This document shows positions 30,106-39,945 of a stretch of 64,000 bases of DNA, piece after piece. The stretch's first letter is position 1. Every line of letters begins with the position of its first letter. A program made the position numbers and the translations under genes. The stretch spans positions 21,699-85,698 of the forward strand of contig CAWAXX010000002.1 in NCBI GenBank assembly GCA_963786105.1, read 5' to 3'. A model generated the notes under the pieces. It had not been told where the DNA came from. It did no database searches and saw only the letters and a program-made list of their open reading frames with translations. The DNA is from Vulcanimicrobiota bacterium. Its GTDB lineage: Bacteria > Vulcanimicrobiota > Vulcanimicrobiia > Vulcanimicrobiales > Vulcanimicrobiaceae.

Positions 30106-33100
30106 TCACCGTGGGGGATCGGGCCACGCGCCGGATGCGACCGTTTGCGCCAGGTCGGCATGCCAGCGGAGTCCCAAGAACTGCGCGCGGTCTGCGGGCT
30201 CGAGTTCGCCGGCGCTCGTTTTCATCAGCCGGCGCGCGCGTTCGAGGGTTAGTGCCGCCTGCTGGAAATCCCCAACCTGGTGGAAGATCTGCGCCGCAGC
30301 CCAGTAGCAATGCGTCGGCCAATTGCCGCCGCGCATGATGGCGTGCTCGTCTGCCAGCATCCGCTGCACCGCGTCGCGTGCGGTCGCAAGATTTCCCAAC
30401 GTGGCATGCCAAATCGCGACGTCGGCGAGCGTCTTGCTCGACCACACTCCCGATTCGGAGCGCGAACGGACCTCGAACGACGCCTCGGCCAGTTCGATCG
30501 CGCGCGCGTAGTTGGCGTCGGCGGCTTCGGCAACCGCGAGATTCTCGAAGACCGATGCCTCCAACAGTTGTAACCCGAGATGTTGCGCGGGCTCGAGTGC
30601 GAGTTCGGCCGTCCGTCGCGCTTCGGTGACTTGTCCGAGGCAGGCGTGCAGGAACACGCGATTGGCGAGTCCGCCGAGCCGGCCCCGCTCGTCGCCCGCG
30701 CGCTCGAACAAATCGATGGCCTCGTTCGTCGCCGCAAGAGCTCGGTCGAAGTATCCGAGCCAGCATTCGAGGATCGATTGATTCATGAGTTGGGCGGCGC
30801 TCCCAACGAGGTTTCCACTTTCGCGGTAGATGTTGGTGGCGGCGGCGAAATGCCGTCGCGCGGTTGTCAATTCTGCGCCGGCGGCAGCGAGCGAGACGCC
30901 GATGCGGCCGAGTGCTTGGGCTTCGGCCGGGCGATCGCCCAATTTGATGGCAAGCTCGAGGCAACGCTCGCTCAACGAGCGGCAGCGATCGATGTCGCGG
31001 CGCTGGTACGCGACCGTCCAACCACTGCTCGACGCCAGGAGTTCGAGCACCGGATCGGCGGCGCGTGCAGCCACTTGACCGGCTTGTGCGAACAGTTCAT
31101 CGGCAGCGGTGAGATGGCCGCGATGCGCTTCCGCTTGAGCCATCGAGCACAGCGCGCGCGCGCTTCCGGCCTCGTCTCCCGCCGCGCGGCTGCCGGCAAG
31201 CGCCGCCTCAGCGCTGGCAGACGCTTCCGCGAGCCGGCCGGTGGTTAAGGCGAGCTTCGCTTCGGCCAAGTGCAATGCGGCGTTCCACCGGGCATCGCCG
31301 GCGGGTACGGCACGCAGCGCTCGGACGGCTCGTTCGTGGGCGGCGATGTCGCCGACGGCCGTTGCGAACTCGATGCGATGCAGCAACAGGGAACGGTGAA
31401 CGGATGGATTGCCGAGTCCGGCGTCGACGCGTTCCAAGTCAAGCAGCGCCGCGTGCCGCGCGTCGGAATCGCCGCGTCGAGACTCAATCGTGGAACTTTC
31501 TAACAGCAGATTGGCTCGCGCAGGCAGATCGACGTCGAGCGCGAGCGCGCGCGCGCACTGCACGCGCGCTTCTTGAAGCGCTCCGATCGAAATCGACCGC
31601 CGCACCGCCTCGAGGTAACAGCGCGCGGCGTTTGGAATGTCGCTCGCGCATTCGTAGTGGGCCGCGAGGGACGCGGAGAGCTCCGATACCCGCTCGGGGT
31701 AGAGTTCTTCGAGCACGTGAGCGACGCGCCGGCGCCGGACGGCGGCGGCTTTGGGTGAAACCCCCTGCGCGATCGCTTCGTGCACGAGATGATGCGTGAA
31801 CGCGTATTCGAGGAACCCTCGCCCGCTGGCTTCGCGGATGATACGCCGGTCGAGCAGCTCGTCGAGTGCGTCGGTGAGAGCCGTGTCGTCCCAGGCGCTG
31901 ACTTCGCGCACGGCGTCGCGTGAGAAGCGATCGCCGATGCATGCGGCAATCTCGGCGGCCGAGCGCGCGTGCTCGGATAGGCGCTCGATGCGTCGTTCGA
32001 CGACCGCGCTCAACGATGCTGGCGCTGCGGACGGTGCGCCTTCACGCACGTCGGCCACGAGTTGCGTGAGGAAAAGCGGGTTTCCGTGCGACGCGGCGAT
32101 CAGCATTTCGGCTGAGCGGTCGCGCACGTCGGACAACGTCGCACGCAGTTCTTCACCGTCGGTGACGGACAATCGGCCAAGCCAGATGCTCAGCGCTCCG
32201 GCCATCGCTCGGGCCTCGCGCCGCAGGCGATGCAGGGCGTGCATGCGCGGCGTTTCTTCGTCGCGATACGTGACCACGATCATCACCGGCACGCCGGAAA
32301 TCCGGCGCAGCAAAACCTGCAGAAGCTCGAGCGACGCGGTCTGCGCCCAATGCACGTCTTCGAGTATCAGCAGCAACGGGCGTGCGGTGCCGAGATCGGC
32401 CACGCACCGAAACAGCGACTCGAAGAGACGAATCCGTTCGCTCTCGCCGTCCAACCGAGGGACGGCGGGGAGCGCGACGCGGGCGTGGATCTCCGGTATC
32501 AGCGTGGCGACGCACGCAAGCGCGATGCTTGGCTTCAGCGATTCGACGAGCGGGAGTGCGGAGCGCAGCGCATCGACGACGCCTTCGTAGGGAACGGTTT
32601 CCGGGGAACTGGTCGCGCCGACGAGCACGCGTCCGCCGCGATCTTCCACTGCGCGCGCGAACTCGAGAACGAGCCGCGATTTTCCGATTCCCGGTTCACC
32701 GCTGACGAACGCGCACGCTCCGCGACCGCGAGCGACCCGGCTCCACGTCTCCAGCAGGCGGTCCATCTCGCCGCGCCGGCCGACGAACGGCAGAATGGCC
32801 GGCTCGCCGGCGACGGCCGGTCCGGCCTCACCGTCTTCGTCCGGCTGTGCCTGTCCGTGCGCGATGCGCTCGGCCACCGCCGCCGTTTCGGCCATCGGTT
32901 CGGCATCCAACTCCGCGCGCAAGCGTTTGACGAAGCCGGCGTACTCGTCGAGCGCACCGGCGCGATCGCCGCTTTCGTAGCGCATCGCAATAACTCGCCG
33001 CACCATGTCCTCGCGCCACGGATCGATCGCCAGCACCTTACGCGCCGTTTCGATTGCCAGCGCGAGGTTCGCGCTTCGCCGAGCCTCGGAGACGCGCTCG

Positions 33101-33579
33101 GTCAGGCAGCGCAGGTACGCGTTGCGATAGCGTTCGCGAATGACGTCGAGCCATTCGTCGTAGATCTCCGGCAGCAGATCGCCGCGATAGAGGTCGATCG
33201 CTTCGCCGAGCCGGGCGCGGTCGCTGGACGCCGCCTCGAACGCATCGATGTCGAGCCATACGTCGGCGTCGGAATTCCAGGCGACCTTGTCGACGTCGAT
33301 CGAGACGTACCGTTCGGCCGGATGCGGGAGGATCTTCGGAAGCTCGCCGAGCGTTGCGCGCAGCTTCGCTCGCGCGGCCGCTTCTTCGTCGTCGGGATAG
33401 AGCAGAAAGGCGAGGTACTCGCGCGAAACCGCGGCTGCGCGATGCAATAAGAGGTAGGCAAGTACCTGCAGCGACTTCCTGGGCGTGGCAAGCCGAAACC
33501 GGCCGCCGTCGAGTACGACTTCAAGGTGGCCGAACAGGCGAATGTCGAGGTGACCGGGTTTCAGGACGGCTTTGCCCAC
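30106..33579 (-). CDS. SARP-type (wHTH-BTAD) STAND AAA ATPase-TPR transcriptional regulator
   Basis: IRLFG, LAYLLLH, LYRGDLL and DPWRED (BTAD); FVGR; GEPGIGKS; LEDVHWA; GNPLFL; TPR C-terminus. Confidence 0.9.
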   Translation of the reverse strand: MGKAVLKPGHLDIRLFGHLEVVLDGGRFRLATPRKSLQVLAYLLLHRAAAVSREYLAFLLYPDDEEAAARAKLRATLGELPKILPHPAERYVSIDVDKVAWNSDADVWLDIDAFEAASSDRARLGEAIDLYRGDLLPEIYDEWLDVIRERYRNAYLRCLTERVSEARRSANLALAIETARKVLAIDPWREDMVRRVIAMRYESGDRAGALDEYAGFVKRLRAELDAEPMAETAAVAERIAHGQAQPDEDGEAGPAVAGEPAILPFVGRRGEMDRLLETWSRVARGRGACAFVSGEPGIGKSRLVLEFARAVEDRGGRVLVGATSSPETVPYEGVVDALRSALPLVESLKPSIALACVATLIPEIHARVALPAVPRLDGESERIRLFESLFRCVADLGTARPLLLILEDVHWAQTASLELLQVLLRRISGVPVMIVVTYRDEETPRMHALHRLRREARAMAGALSIWLGRLSVTDGEELRATLSDVRDRSAEMLIAASHGNPLFLTQLVADVREGAPSAAPASLSAVVERRIERLSEHARSAAEIAACIGDRFSRDAVREVSAWDDTALTDALDELLDRRIIREASGRGFLEYAFTHHLVHEAIAQGVSPKAAAVRRRRVAHVLEELYPERVSELSASLAAHYECASDIPNAARCYLEAVRRSISIGALQEARVQCARALALDVDLPARANLLLESSTIESRRGDSDARHAALLDLERVDAGLGNPSVHRSLLLHRIEFATAVGDIAAHERAVRALRAVPAGDARWNAALHLAEAKLALTTGRLAEASASAEAALAGSRAAGDEAGSARALCSMAQAEAHRGHLTAADELFAQAGQVAARAADPVLELLASSSGWTVAYQRRDIDRCRSLSERCLELAIKLGDRPAEAQALGRIGVSLAAAGAELTTARRHFAAATNIYRESGNLVGSAAQLMNQSILECWLGYFDRALAATNEAIDLFERAGDERGRLGGLANRVFLHACLGQVTEARRTAELALEPAQHLGLQLLEASVFENLAVAEAADANYARAIELAEASFEVRSRSESGVWSSKTLADVAIWHATLGNLATARDAVQRMLADEHAIMRGGNWPTHCYWAAAQIFHQVGDFQQAALTLERARRLMKTSAGELEPADRAQFLGLRWHADLAQTVASGAWPDPPR

Positions 33580-33715
33580 AGCGGAACTGCCTTCTCGGGT
33601 TCACGGGCGGCCTCCCGGCCCCGTACGTTTTGGTACGCCGCGTTCGGTACGATGAGCCCGCTCACAACGATGAGCGCCTCTCACCTCACTGCTAACGTTC
33701 AAGGAGACGATCCCA

Positions 33716-34750
33716 ATGCCCACGTCCACGTCATACCGGCGCTGCTTGCCGGCCCTCGCCCTGGTTGCCGGCCTCGCCACCGGATGCGCGGGACAGCAAA
33801 CCGCTTCAAACGGCTTCGTGCCGCAGACCGCCATGCCCAAGGGCGTCCCGCTCATGAGTGACGCGACTCAGCTCGACGGTCTCGTCCAGCCGGACTCCAA
33901 GATCCACATTTTCACCGTGAACCGCGAAAACGGTGGTAGCGTCGTTGCATTCCTTAAGAGTGCATCGGGCGACGTCGCGCCTGCTCGGAAGATTGCTGGG
34001 CCAAGGACGACGCTGACCGATCCTGATGCGCTCGCCTTAGATGCTTCGGGAAACATTTACGCGGCGAACGACGGCGGCACGCGAGTCGCGGTGTTCGCCA
34101 ACGATGCTAACGGCAACCGGAAGCCGCTGCGAATGATCGGTGGCTCGAAGTCGCATCTCGGTCCGACCGAGGGTCTTATGGTCGCACCGTCGGGCAGCCT
34201 CTGGGCGAGCAGCTACAGCAATAACACGCTTGCCGAATATGCCGCCGGCGCTAAGGGCAATGTTGCGCCGATCCACACGATCGCCGGAAGCAAAACGGAA
34301 CTGGACTCACCGGTTGGAATGGCCATGGACTCGAGTGACCGGCTCTTTGTGGCGAACACCGATTCGGCGTCGATCCTGGTTTATAAGAATGGTTCCAACG
34401 GGAATGTTGCGCCGGTGATGTCGATCTCGGGAAGCAACACCGGCCTTGGCCGGCCGTTTGCCCTTGCGTTTGATTCCAACGGACGCCTACTGGTTGCCGA
34501 CGAGTTCGTTGGCGTCCTCGTCTTCGCCAAGGGCGCGAGCGGCGACGTTGCTCCCGTTGCAAAGATAACCGGATTCGGCTACGCCGACGGCGTCGTCGCC
34601 GACGCTCAGGATCACATCTACGTTGCGGATTTCAACGGCAACTCGATCAAGGAGTTTGCGAGCAATGCCGACGGCAACGCGACGCCGATGCGCACGATTG
34701 AAGGTTTCAAGACGGGGCTCAACGGGGCAAACTACCTAGCGCTGCACTAG
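33716..34750 (+). CDS. Lipoprotein with NHL-like beta-propeller repeats
   Basis: Lipobox LATGC; six repeats of the form A.GNVAP..IAG..T.L..P; AAGGAG RBS. Confidence 0.8.
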   Translation: MPTSTSYRRCLPALALVAGLATGCAGQQTASNGFVPQTAMPKGVPLMSDATQLDGLVQPDSKIHIFTVNRENGGSVVAFLKSASGDVAPARKIAGPRTTLTDPDALALDASGNIYAANDGGTRVAVFANDANGNRKPLRMIGGSKSHLGPTEGLMVAPSGSLWASSYSNNTLAEYAAGAKGNVAPIHTIAGSKTELDSPVGMAMDSSDRLFVANTDSASILVYKNGSNGNVAPVMSISGSNTGLGRPFALAFDSNGRLLVADEFVGVLVFAKGASGDVAPVAKITGFGYADGVVADAQDHIYVADFNGNSIKEFASNADGNATPMRTIEGFKTGLNGANYLALH

Positions 34751-34821
34751 GGCGCCGAAAATAGGCGTTACCAGGCGCGGCGGCTTGCAACCGCGCTCGG
34801 TAACGCCGAGTCGTTAACCGT

Positions 34822-35499
34822 ATGAAAATAGGAATTATCGGCGCTGGGAATATCGGCGGCACGCTGACGCGGCGCTTTCGCCAGCTGGGATACGACGTAT
34901 CGGTTGCAAACTCGCGCGGGCCTCAAACGCTCGCCGATCTCGCCGGGGAGACCGGGGCGAAGGCGGTCACGCCGCACGAGGCGGCGCGTGACCGGGACGT
35001 CGTCGTCGTGACCATTCCGGACAAGAATATTCCGGATTTGCCGGCCGATCTGTTTGCCGGCGTTCCCAACGACGTCGTAGTGATCGATACCGGAAACTAT
35101 TATCCGCAACAGCGCGACGGTAGGCTGCCGGGAATCGAAGAAGCGCCCAGCGAGAGCCGCTGGGTCTCGCAAAAGCTCGGGCGCTCGGTCGTCAAAGCGT
35201 TCAACAACATCTACGCGCAACATTTGCACGACGACGGAAAACCGAAAGGAACCCCGGGCCGCATCGCGCTTCCGGTTTCGGGCGACGACCCGCGGGCAAA
35301 GGCCATCGTGATGGAACTCGTCGACGCGCTCGGCTTCGACCCGATCGATGCGGGCAGCATCGACGATTCATGGCGCCAGCAGCCCGGAACGCCGGTTTAC
35401 GGCACGGACTTCGACGCGCACGGCGTGCGTGACGCGTTAGCAAAAGCGTCGCCGGAACGTACCCCGGACTGGAAAGGCACCGATAGCGGCATCTCATGA
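34822..35499 (+). CDS. NADPH-dependent F420 reductase-like oxidoreductase
   Basis: MKIGIIGAGNIG, NSRGP, IDTGNYYP, VVKAFNNI and SWRQQPGTP. Confidence 0.85.
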   Translation: MKIGIIGAGNIGGTLTRRFRQLGYDVSVANSRGPQTLADLAGETGAKAVTPHEAARDRDVVVVTIPDKNIPDLPADLFAGVPNDVVVIDTGNYYPQQRDGRLPGIEEAPSESRWVSQKLGRSVVKAFNNIYAQHLHDDGKPKGTPGRIALPVSGDDPRAKAIVMELVDALGFDPIDAGSIDDSWRQQPGTPVYGTDFDAHGVRDALAKASPERTPDWKGTDSGIS

Positions 35500-35876
35500 A
35501 GAGCGTTTTGGTAATCGGCCTCGAGCCGACGATCATCAATTTTTCATCGCCCGACTTTGCCGCGCTTTCGGGCGTAACCGCGGCTACGATCGCGGCGGGA
35601 CTCAAGGCCGACGAAGCGCGCCTGAAAAGCCTCGGCTACGACCCGGAAATGTGCCTGGTGGACTTTGGTGAAACCGCGGAATCCGTCGTTCGACAACGAC
35701 TGAGCGAGAAGCGCTTCGACTGCATCGTAATCGGCGCCGGCGTTCGCACGATGCCTAGCCAGTTCTTCTTGTTCGAGAAGCTCGTCAACATCGTCCACGC
35801 AGGCGCTCCTCAAGCGAAGCTCTGCTTCAACACGAAGCCCACCGACACGGCTGAGGCGGTGGAACGATGGATCTAG
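35496..35876 (+). CDS. Conserved hypothetical protein
   Basis: ATGA-coupled to the upstream gene; DCIVIGAGVR and FNTKPTDTAEAVERW. Confidence 0.7.
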   Translation: MKSVLVIGLEPTIINFSSPDFAALSGVTAATIAAGLKADEARLKSLGYDPEMCLVDFGETAESVVRQRLSEKRFDCIVIGAGVRTMPSQFFLFEKLVNIVHAGAPQAKLCFNTKPTDTAEAVERWI

Positions 35877-35926
35877 CACCGATTCCTTAAGCGGTTCGCG
35901 CGCCTCGGCGGGCGAAGGGTAGCGGC

Positions 35927-38668
35927 GTGACGCTTCCGAGTGGCACCCTGACTTTCGTGTTCACCGACATCGAAGGCAGCACGCAACGGTGGGAACGTGA
36001 GCCGGCCGCGATGCGGACGGCAGTCCGGCGGCACGACGACCTGCTGCATGCGGCCATCGTCGAACACGACGGGTACGTTTTCAAAACGATCGGCGACGCG
36101 TTCTGCGCGGCGTTCGCTCGTCCCGGTGAGGCGCTTGCTGCGGCCTTGACGCTGCAGCGCGCGCTAGCGGCCGAGGACTTTGTGGCAGTCGAGGGGCTAC
36201 GCGTGCGCGCGGCGGTGCACACCGGAACCGCCGACGAACGCGACGGCGACTATTTCGGTCCTACCCTCAATCGCACGGCGCGATTGCTGGCGATTGGCAA
36301 CGGCGGCCAAGTTTTGATTTCCGGTGTGACCGCAGCGCTGGTTCAGACGGAGTTGCCGCCTGAAGCGTCGTTGCGCGATCTCGGCGAGCATCGGCTGCGC
36401 GACCTTGCGCGGCCCGAAAACGTTTACCAGTTGGTGGCGCCCGGTCTCGCCGTCGAGTTCCCGCCATTGCGTTCGCTCGACGCGCGCCGCAACAACTTAC
36501 CGCTGCAGTTGAAGTCGTTCGTCGGCCGCCAGCGAGAGATCGCCGAGATCGCGGCGCTGATCGACAAACACCGGCTGGTCACGCTTGTTGGTCCGGGCGG
36601 TGTCGGCAAAACGCGAACCTCGTTGCAAGTCGCGGCGAATTTGCTCGACGTCTCCGGCGACGGCGTGTGGTTCATCGAACTCGCGCCGCTGTCGAGCGGC
36701 GAGTACGTTCCCACGACGATTGCCGACGCGGTCGGCCTGACGCTGCCCGCCGAAGGCGATCCGCTGAGCAATCTCGCGAACGCGCTGAAGGGAAAGAAGG
36801 CGCTGCTCGTGTTCGACAACTGCGAGCACATCGTCGAGGCTGCGGCGCGCGTCATCGGCACGATACTCCGGGTGTGTCCGAACGTCAAGATCCTCGCATC
36901 GAGCCGCCAAAGCCTCGATATCGACGGTGAAGACGTCTACCGAATGCCGTCGCTCGAAATGCCGCGCGAGGGCGACGACCGGCTGCGACCGGCCGAGGCG
37001 ATGGAGTCGGCGGCGGTCGCGTTATTCGTCGACCGGGCGCGCGCCGTCGACAATCGGTTCGCGCTCACCGACGACAACGCGCCGATCGTTGCGGACATTT
37101 GCCGCCGGCTCGACGGGATTCCGCTGGCGATCGAACTCGCGGCGGCGCGCGCACAGGTACTGAGTCCGAAACAACTCCGCGAGCGATTGAACGAACGATT
37201 TCGCTTGCTGACGGGTGGGAGCCGCGATGCATTGCCCCGGCAGCAAACGCTGCGCGCGGCGATCGACTGGAGCCACGACCTTCTCGACGAGGCCGAGCGC
37301 GCGCTCTTCCGGCGGCTCGGCATCTTCGTCAACGGCTTCACGTTGGAGGGCGCCGTTGCGGCCGGCGGCGGCGAGGAAGCCGACGTGCTGGACCTCCTTG
37401 CGTCGCTCGTCAGCAAGTCGCTGGTACTCGCCGAACCCGACCGCGACTCGCAACGTTACCGGTTCTTGGAATCGACGCGGGTGTACGCGTTGGAGAAACT
37501 CGCGGGTGCGAACGAACGCGAACTAGTTGCGGGCCTTCATTTACGGTATCTCCGCGATCGCTTTGCGGTGCTGTGGGAGCGACGCGAGCAGACCGGCGGC
37601 CAGACCGATCTGGCGGCGGCGGTGCAGACGGAGCTCGAGGACGTGCGGTCGGCGCTCGACGGCGCGCCCGAACGCTCGGATACCGTCGCCGGTGGTGAGC
37701 TTCTATCGAACGTCGACGTCGCGTGGGCTGCCCTCGGACTCTACGCCGAGGGTATCGCGCGCATCGAGCGGTATCTCACGGCGCTTCCCGGCGACGAGTC
37801 GCAACTGCTCGCGCAACTGTCGGCGGCACTCTCATTTCTGATGGCGGAAGCCGGCCAAAAGATGCGCGCCGTCGAGGCGGCGCGGGTGGCCGTCGAACGG
37901 GCACGCGCGAGCGGCGACGCTGCGATTCTCGCGAGGGCGCTGGTGTATCGTAGCCGTCTTGCCACGAAGGTCGGCAGCTTTGAGGAGGCGGCGGAGGCGT
38001 TAGCCGAAGCCGAGACGATGGGAATGTCGCCGTACCGAAGGCTCGTGTTACTCGAAGCGCGGGCGGCGTTGGCGTTTTTCAGCGGCGACCGTGAGGCCTC
38101 GGTCCCGGTGTTCGAGCGATTGCGCAAGGCGTACCGTTCGCTTGGAAACCCGCGCTTAGAGATCGTGTCGGCCATGAATCTCGCGGAGGTCGAGTTCGCG
38201 CTCGGTCGCACGCAGCGAGCGATCGCGATCGTGAACGAAATCATTCCGGTCGCGCGCTCGAGCGGCGATCCCGGCATGGTGACGTACGCGCTGTACAACC
38301 TCGCCGGCTACCTCATCGCGGCGGACGATCTTAACGGCGCCGTCGCGGCGGCGCGCGAAACGATTGAGATTCGCCTGAAACGCGAGCCGGATCATCCCGA
38401 AATCCCAGTTGTGCTCGAGCACTTGGCGCTCGTCATCATGCTGCGCGGCGATGCGGCGCGCGCGGCTGTGCTCGAAGGCTACGTCGACGCCGCCTTCGAG
38501 CGCGTCGATTTCGAGCGCGAAGTGACCGAGGCGATGACCCACGATCGCCTAATGGCGTTGCTGGACGAAAGTCTCGCAGCGGACGAACGCGCGAGGCTCA
38601 TGGCGGATGGCGCCGCGCTCGCGCTGGAAGCGGCGGTCGCACTCGCACTCGACGGAGGGTTGCGTTGA
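35927..38668 (+). CDS. Class III adenylate/guanylate cyclase - STAND ATPase - TPR protein
   Basis: FTDIEGST, FKTIGDAF, DYFGPTLNRTARL, GPGGVGKT, FDNCEH and LDGIPLAIELAAA; paralog of 3541-6282. Confidence 0.9.
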   Translation: MTLPSGTLTFVFTDIEGSTQRWEREPAAMRTAVRRHDDLLHAAIVEHDGYVFKTIGDAFCAAFARPGEALAAALTLQRALAAEDFVAVEGLRVRAAVHTGTADERDGDYFGPTLNRTARLLAIGNGGQVLISGVTAALVQTELPPEASLRDLGEHRLRDLARPENVYQLVAPGLAVEFPPLRSLDARRNNLPLQLKSFVGRQREIAEIAALIDKHRLVTLVGPGGVGKTRTSLQVAANLLDVSGDGVWFIELAPLSSGEYVPTTIADAVGLTLPAEGDPLSNLANALKGKKALLVFDNCEHIVEAAARVIGTILRVCPNVKILASSRQSLDIDGEDVYRMPSLEMPREGDDRLRPAEAMESAAVALFVDRARAVDNRFALTDDNAPIVADICRRLDGIPLAIELAAARAQVLSPKQLRERLNERFRLLTGGSRDALPRQQTLRAAIDWSHDLLDEAERALFRRLGIFVNGFTLEGAVAAGGGEEADVLDLLASLVSKSLVLAEPDRDSQRYRFLESTRVYALEKLAGANERELVAGLHLRYLRDRFAVLWERREQTGGQTDLAAAVQTELEDVRSALDGAPERSDTVAGGELLSNVDVAWAALGLYAEGIARIERYLTALPGDESQLLAQLSAALSFLMAEAGQKMRAVEAARVAVERARASGDAAILARALVYRSRLATKVGSFEEAAEALAEAETMGMSPYRRLVLLEARAALAFFSGDREASVPVFERLRKAYRSLGNPRLEIVSAMNLAEVEFALGRTQRAIAIVNEIIPVARSSGDPGMVTYALYNLAGYLIAADDLNGAVAAARETIEIRLKREPDHPEIPVVLEHLALVIMLRGDAARAAVLEGYVDAAFERVDFEREVTEAMTHDRLMALLDESLAADERARLMADGAALALEAAVALALDGGLR

Positions 38669-39939
38669 GAACGATGATGTTTCTGGCGGTGGTCCTCGTG
38701 GCGGCCGCATCACCCGCGGCCAGTCCGCAAAATGCGGCACGGCAGTTTCACGAAATTCAATCGCAGATGCGGCAGGCACACAAGCGCGGAGACTGGGTAG
38801 CGTTTCGAACCGACGCACGCGGCCTCGTGCAATTCCTCAACGGATCGCCCGATGCTTTGGTGGAACTCGCGCGCGCAGACGTCCACACCGGCGACCCACA
38901 TGGTGCGCTGGATAACCTCCAAAAGTTCGCCGGTATGGGGCAGTCGCTCGACGTGCTAAGGACGCTCCCCGACTTCGAAGCCCTTCACGCGCAAAGCCGC
39001 TTCCAGCGCTTTTTGCAAACCATGGACGCGAACGTGCGGCCGCTGTCGCACGCAGAGCGGGCACTCGTCATCCCGGAGCCCGGGCTGTTGCCTGAAGACG
39101 TCGACTACGATGCCGGCAGTCAACGCTTCTTCCTCACGAGCGTGCTCGAGAAGAAGATCGTTACGCTGGATTCGCAGGGACGCCTCGCGGATTTTGCGCC
39201 GGCGCCCGATTCCTGGCCGATGTTGGGTCTGAAAGTCGACACGAAGCACGGCGTGGTTTTGGCGACGGAGGTGGCGCTGGACGGCTTCACCTCGGTTCCC
39301 AAACGCGATTGGGGACGTTCGGCCGTCGTGCTCTACGATCTCAAAACGGGAACGCTCCTGCGACGCATCGAGGGACCGCGCCCAAGCGCATTCGGCGACC
39401 TGGCGTTATCGCCAAACGGCGACGCGCTGGTTTCCGACGGCGAAGGAGGCGGCGTGTACGCGATACGCCGGGAAAGCGGCGTCATGGAGCGCGTAGACGA
39501 CGGGCAGTTTATCTCACCGCAGACGCCGGGCTACATTTCCGATGGCAACCACGCCTTCGTGCCCGATTACGTGCGCGGCATCGGCGTTCTCGACCTCGTC
39601 GCGAAGAGCGTGCGGTGGATTCCGATGGACGATCGCTTTGCGCTGGAAGGGATCGACGGCTTATACGTATCGGGTAACGAGCTCGTAGCGGTGCAGAACG
39701 GTACGTCCCCCGAACGCGTCATCGCGTTCACGCTCGATACCGCTATGGACCGCGTCGTTTCCGAGCGGTCCATAGAATCCGCGACGCCCGCTCTCGACCC
39801 AACCCACGGCGCGCTCGTCGGAGATTGGTTCTACTACATCGCGAATTCGGGTTGGAACCAACTCGCGAACGACGGCACGGTAAAAAAGGGCGCCTCGCTG
39901 ACTCCCGCGCGCATCATGCGCTCGCAGGTGCCGCACTAG
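38665..39939 (+). CDS. Secreted protein with helical N-terminus and SMP-30/gluconolactonase-like beta-propeller
   Basis: Signal peptide; PEDVDYD, FGDLAL, SPQ, GIDGL and VQNG; TTG start overlaps the STAND stop codon. Confidence 0.72.
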   Translation: MRTMMFLAVVLVAAASPAASPQNAARQFHEIQSQMRQAHKRGDWVAFRTDARGLVQFLNGSPDALVELARADVHTGDPHGALDNLQKFAGMGQSLDVLRTLPDFEALHAQSRFQRFLQTMDANVRPLSHAERALVIPEPGLLPEDVDYDAGSQRFFLTSVLEKKIVTLDSQGRLADFAPAPDSWPMLGLKVDTKHGVVLATEVALDGFTSVPKRDWGRSAVVLYDLKTGTLLRRIEGPRPSAFGDLALSPNGDALVSDGEGGGVYAIRRESGVMERVDDGQFISPQTPGYISDGNHAFVPDYVRGIGVLDLVAKSVRWIPMDDRFALEGIDGLYVSGNELVAVQNGTSPERVIAFTLDTAMDRVVSERSIESATPALDPTHGALVGDWFYYIANSGWNQLANDGTVKKGASLTPARIMRSQVPH

Positions 39940-39945
39940 CGCACG

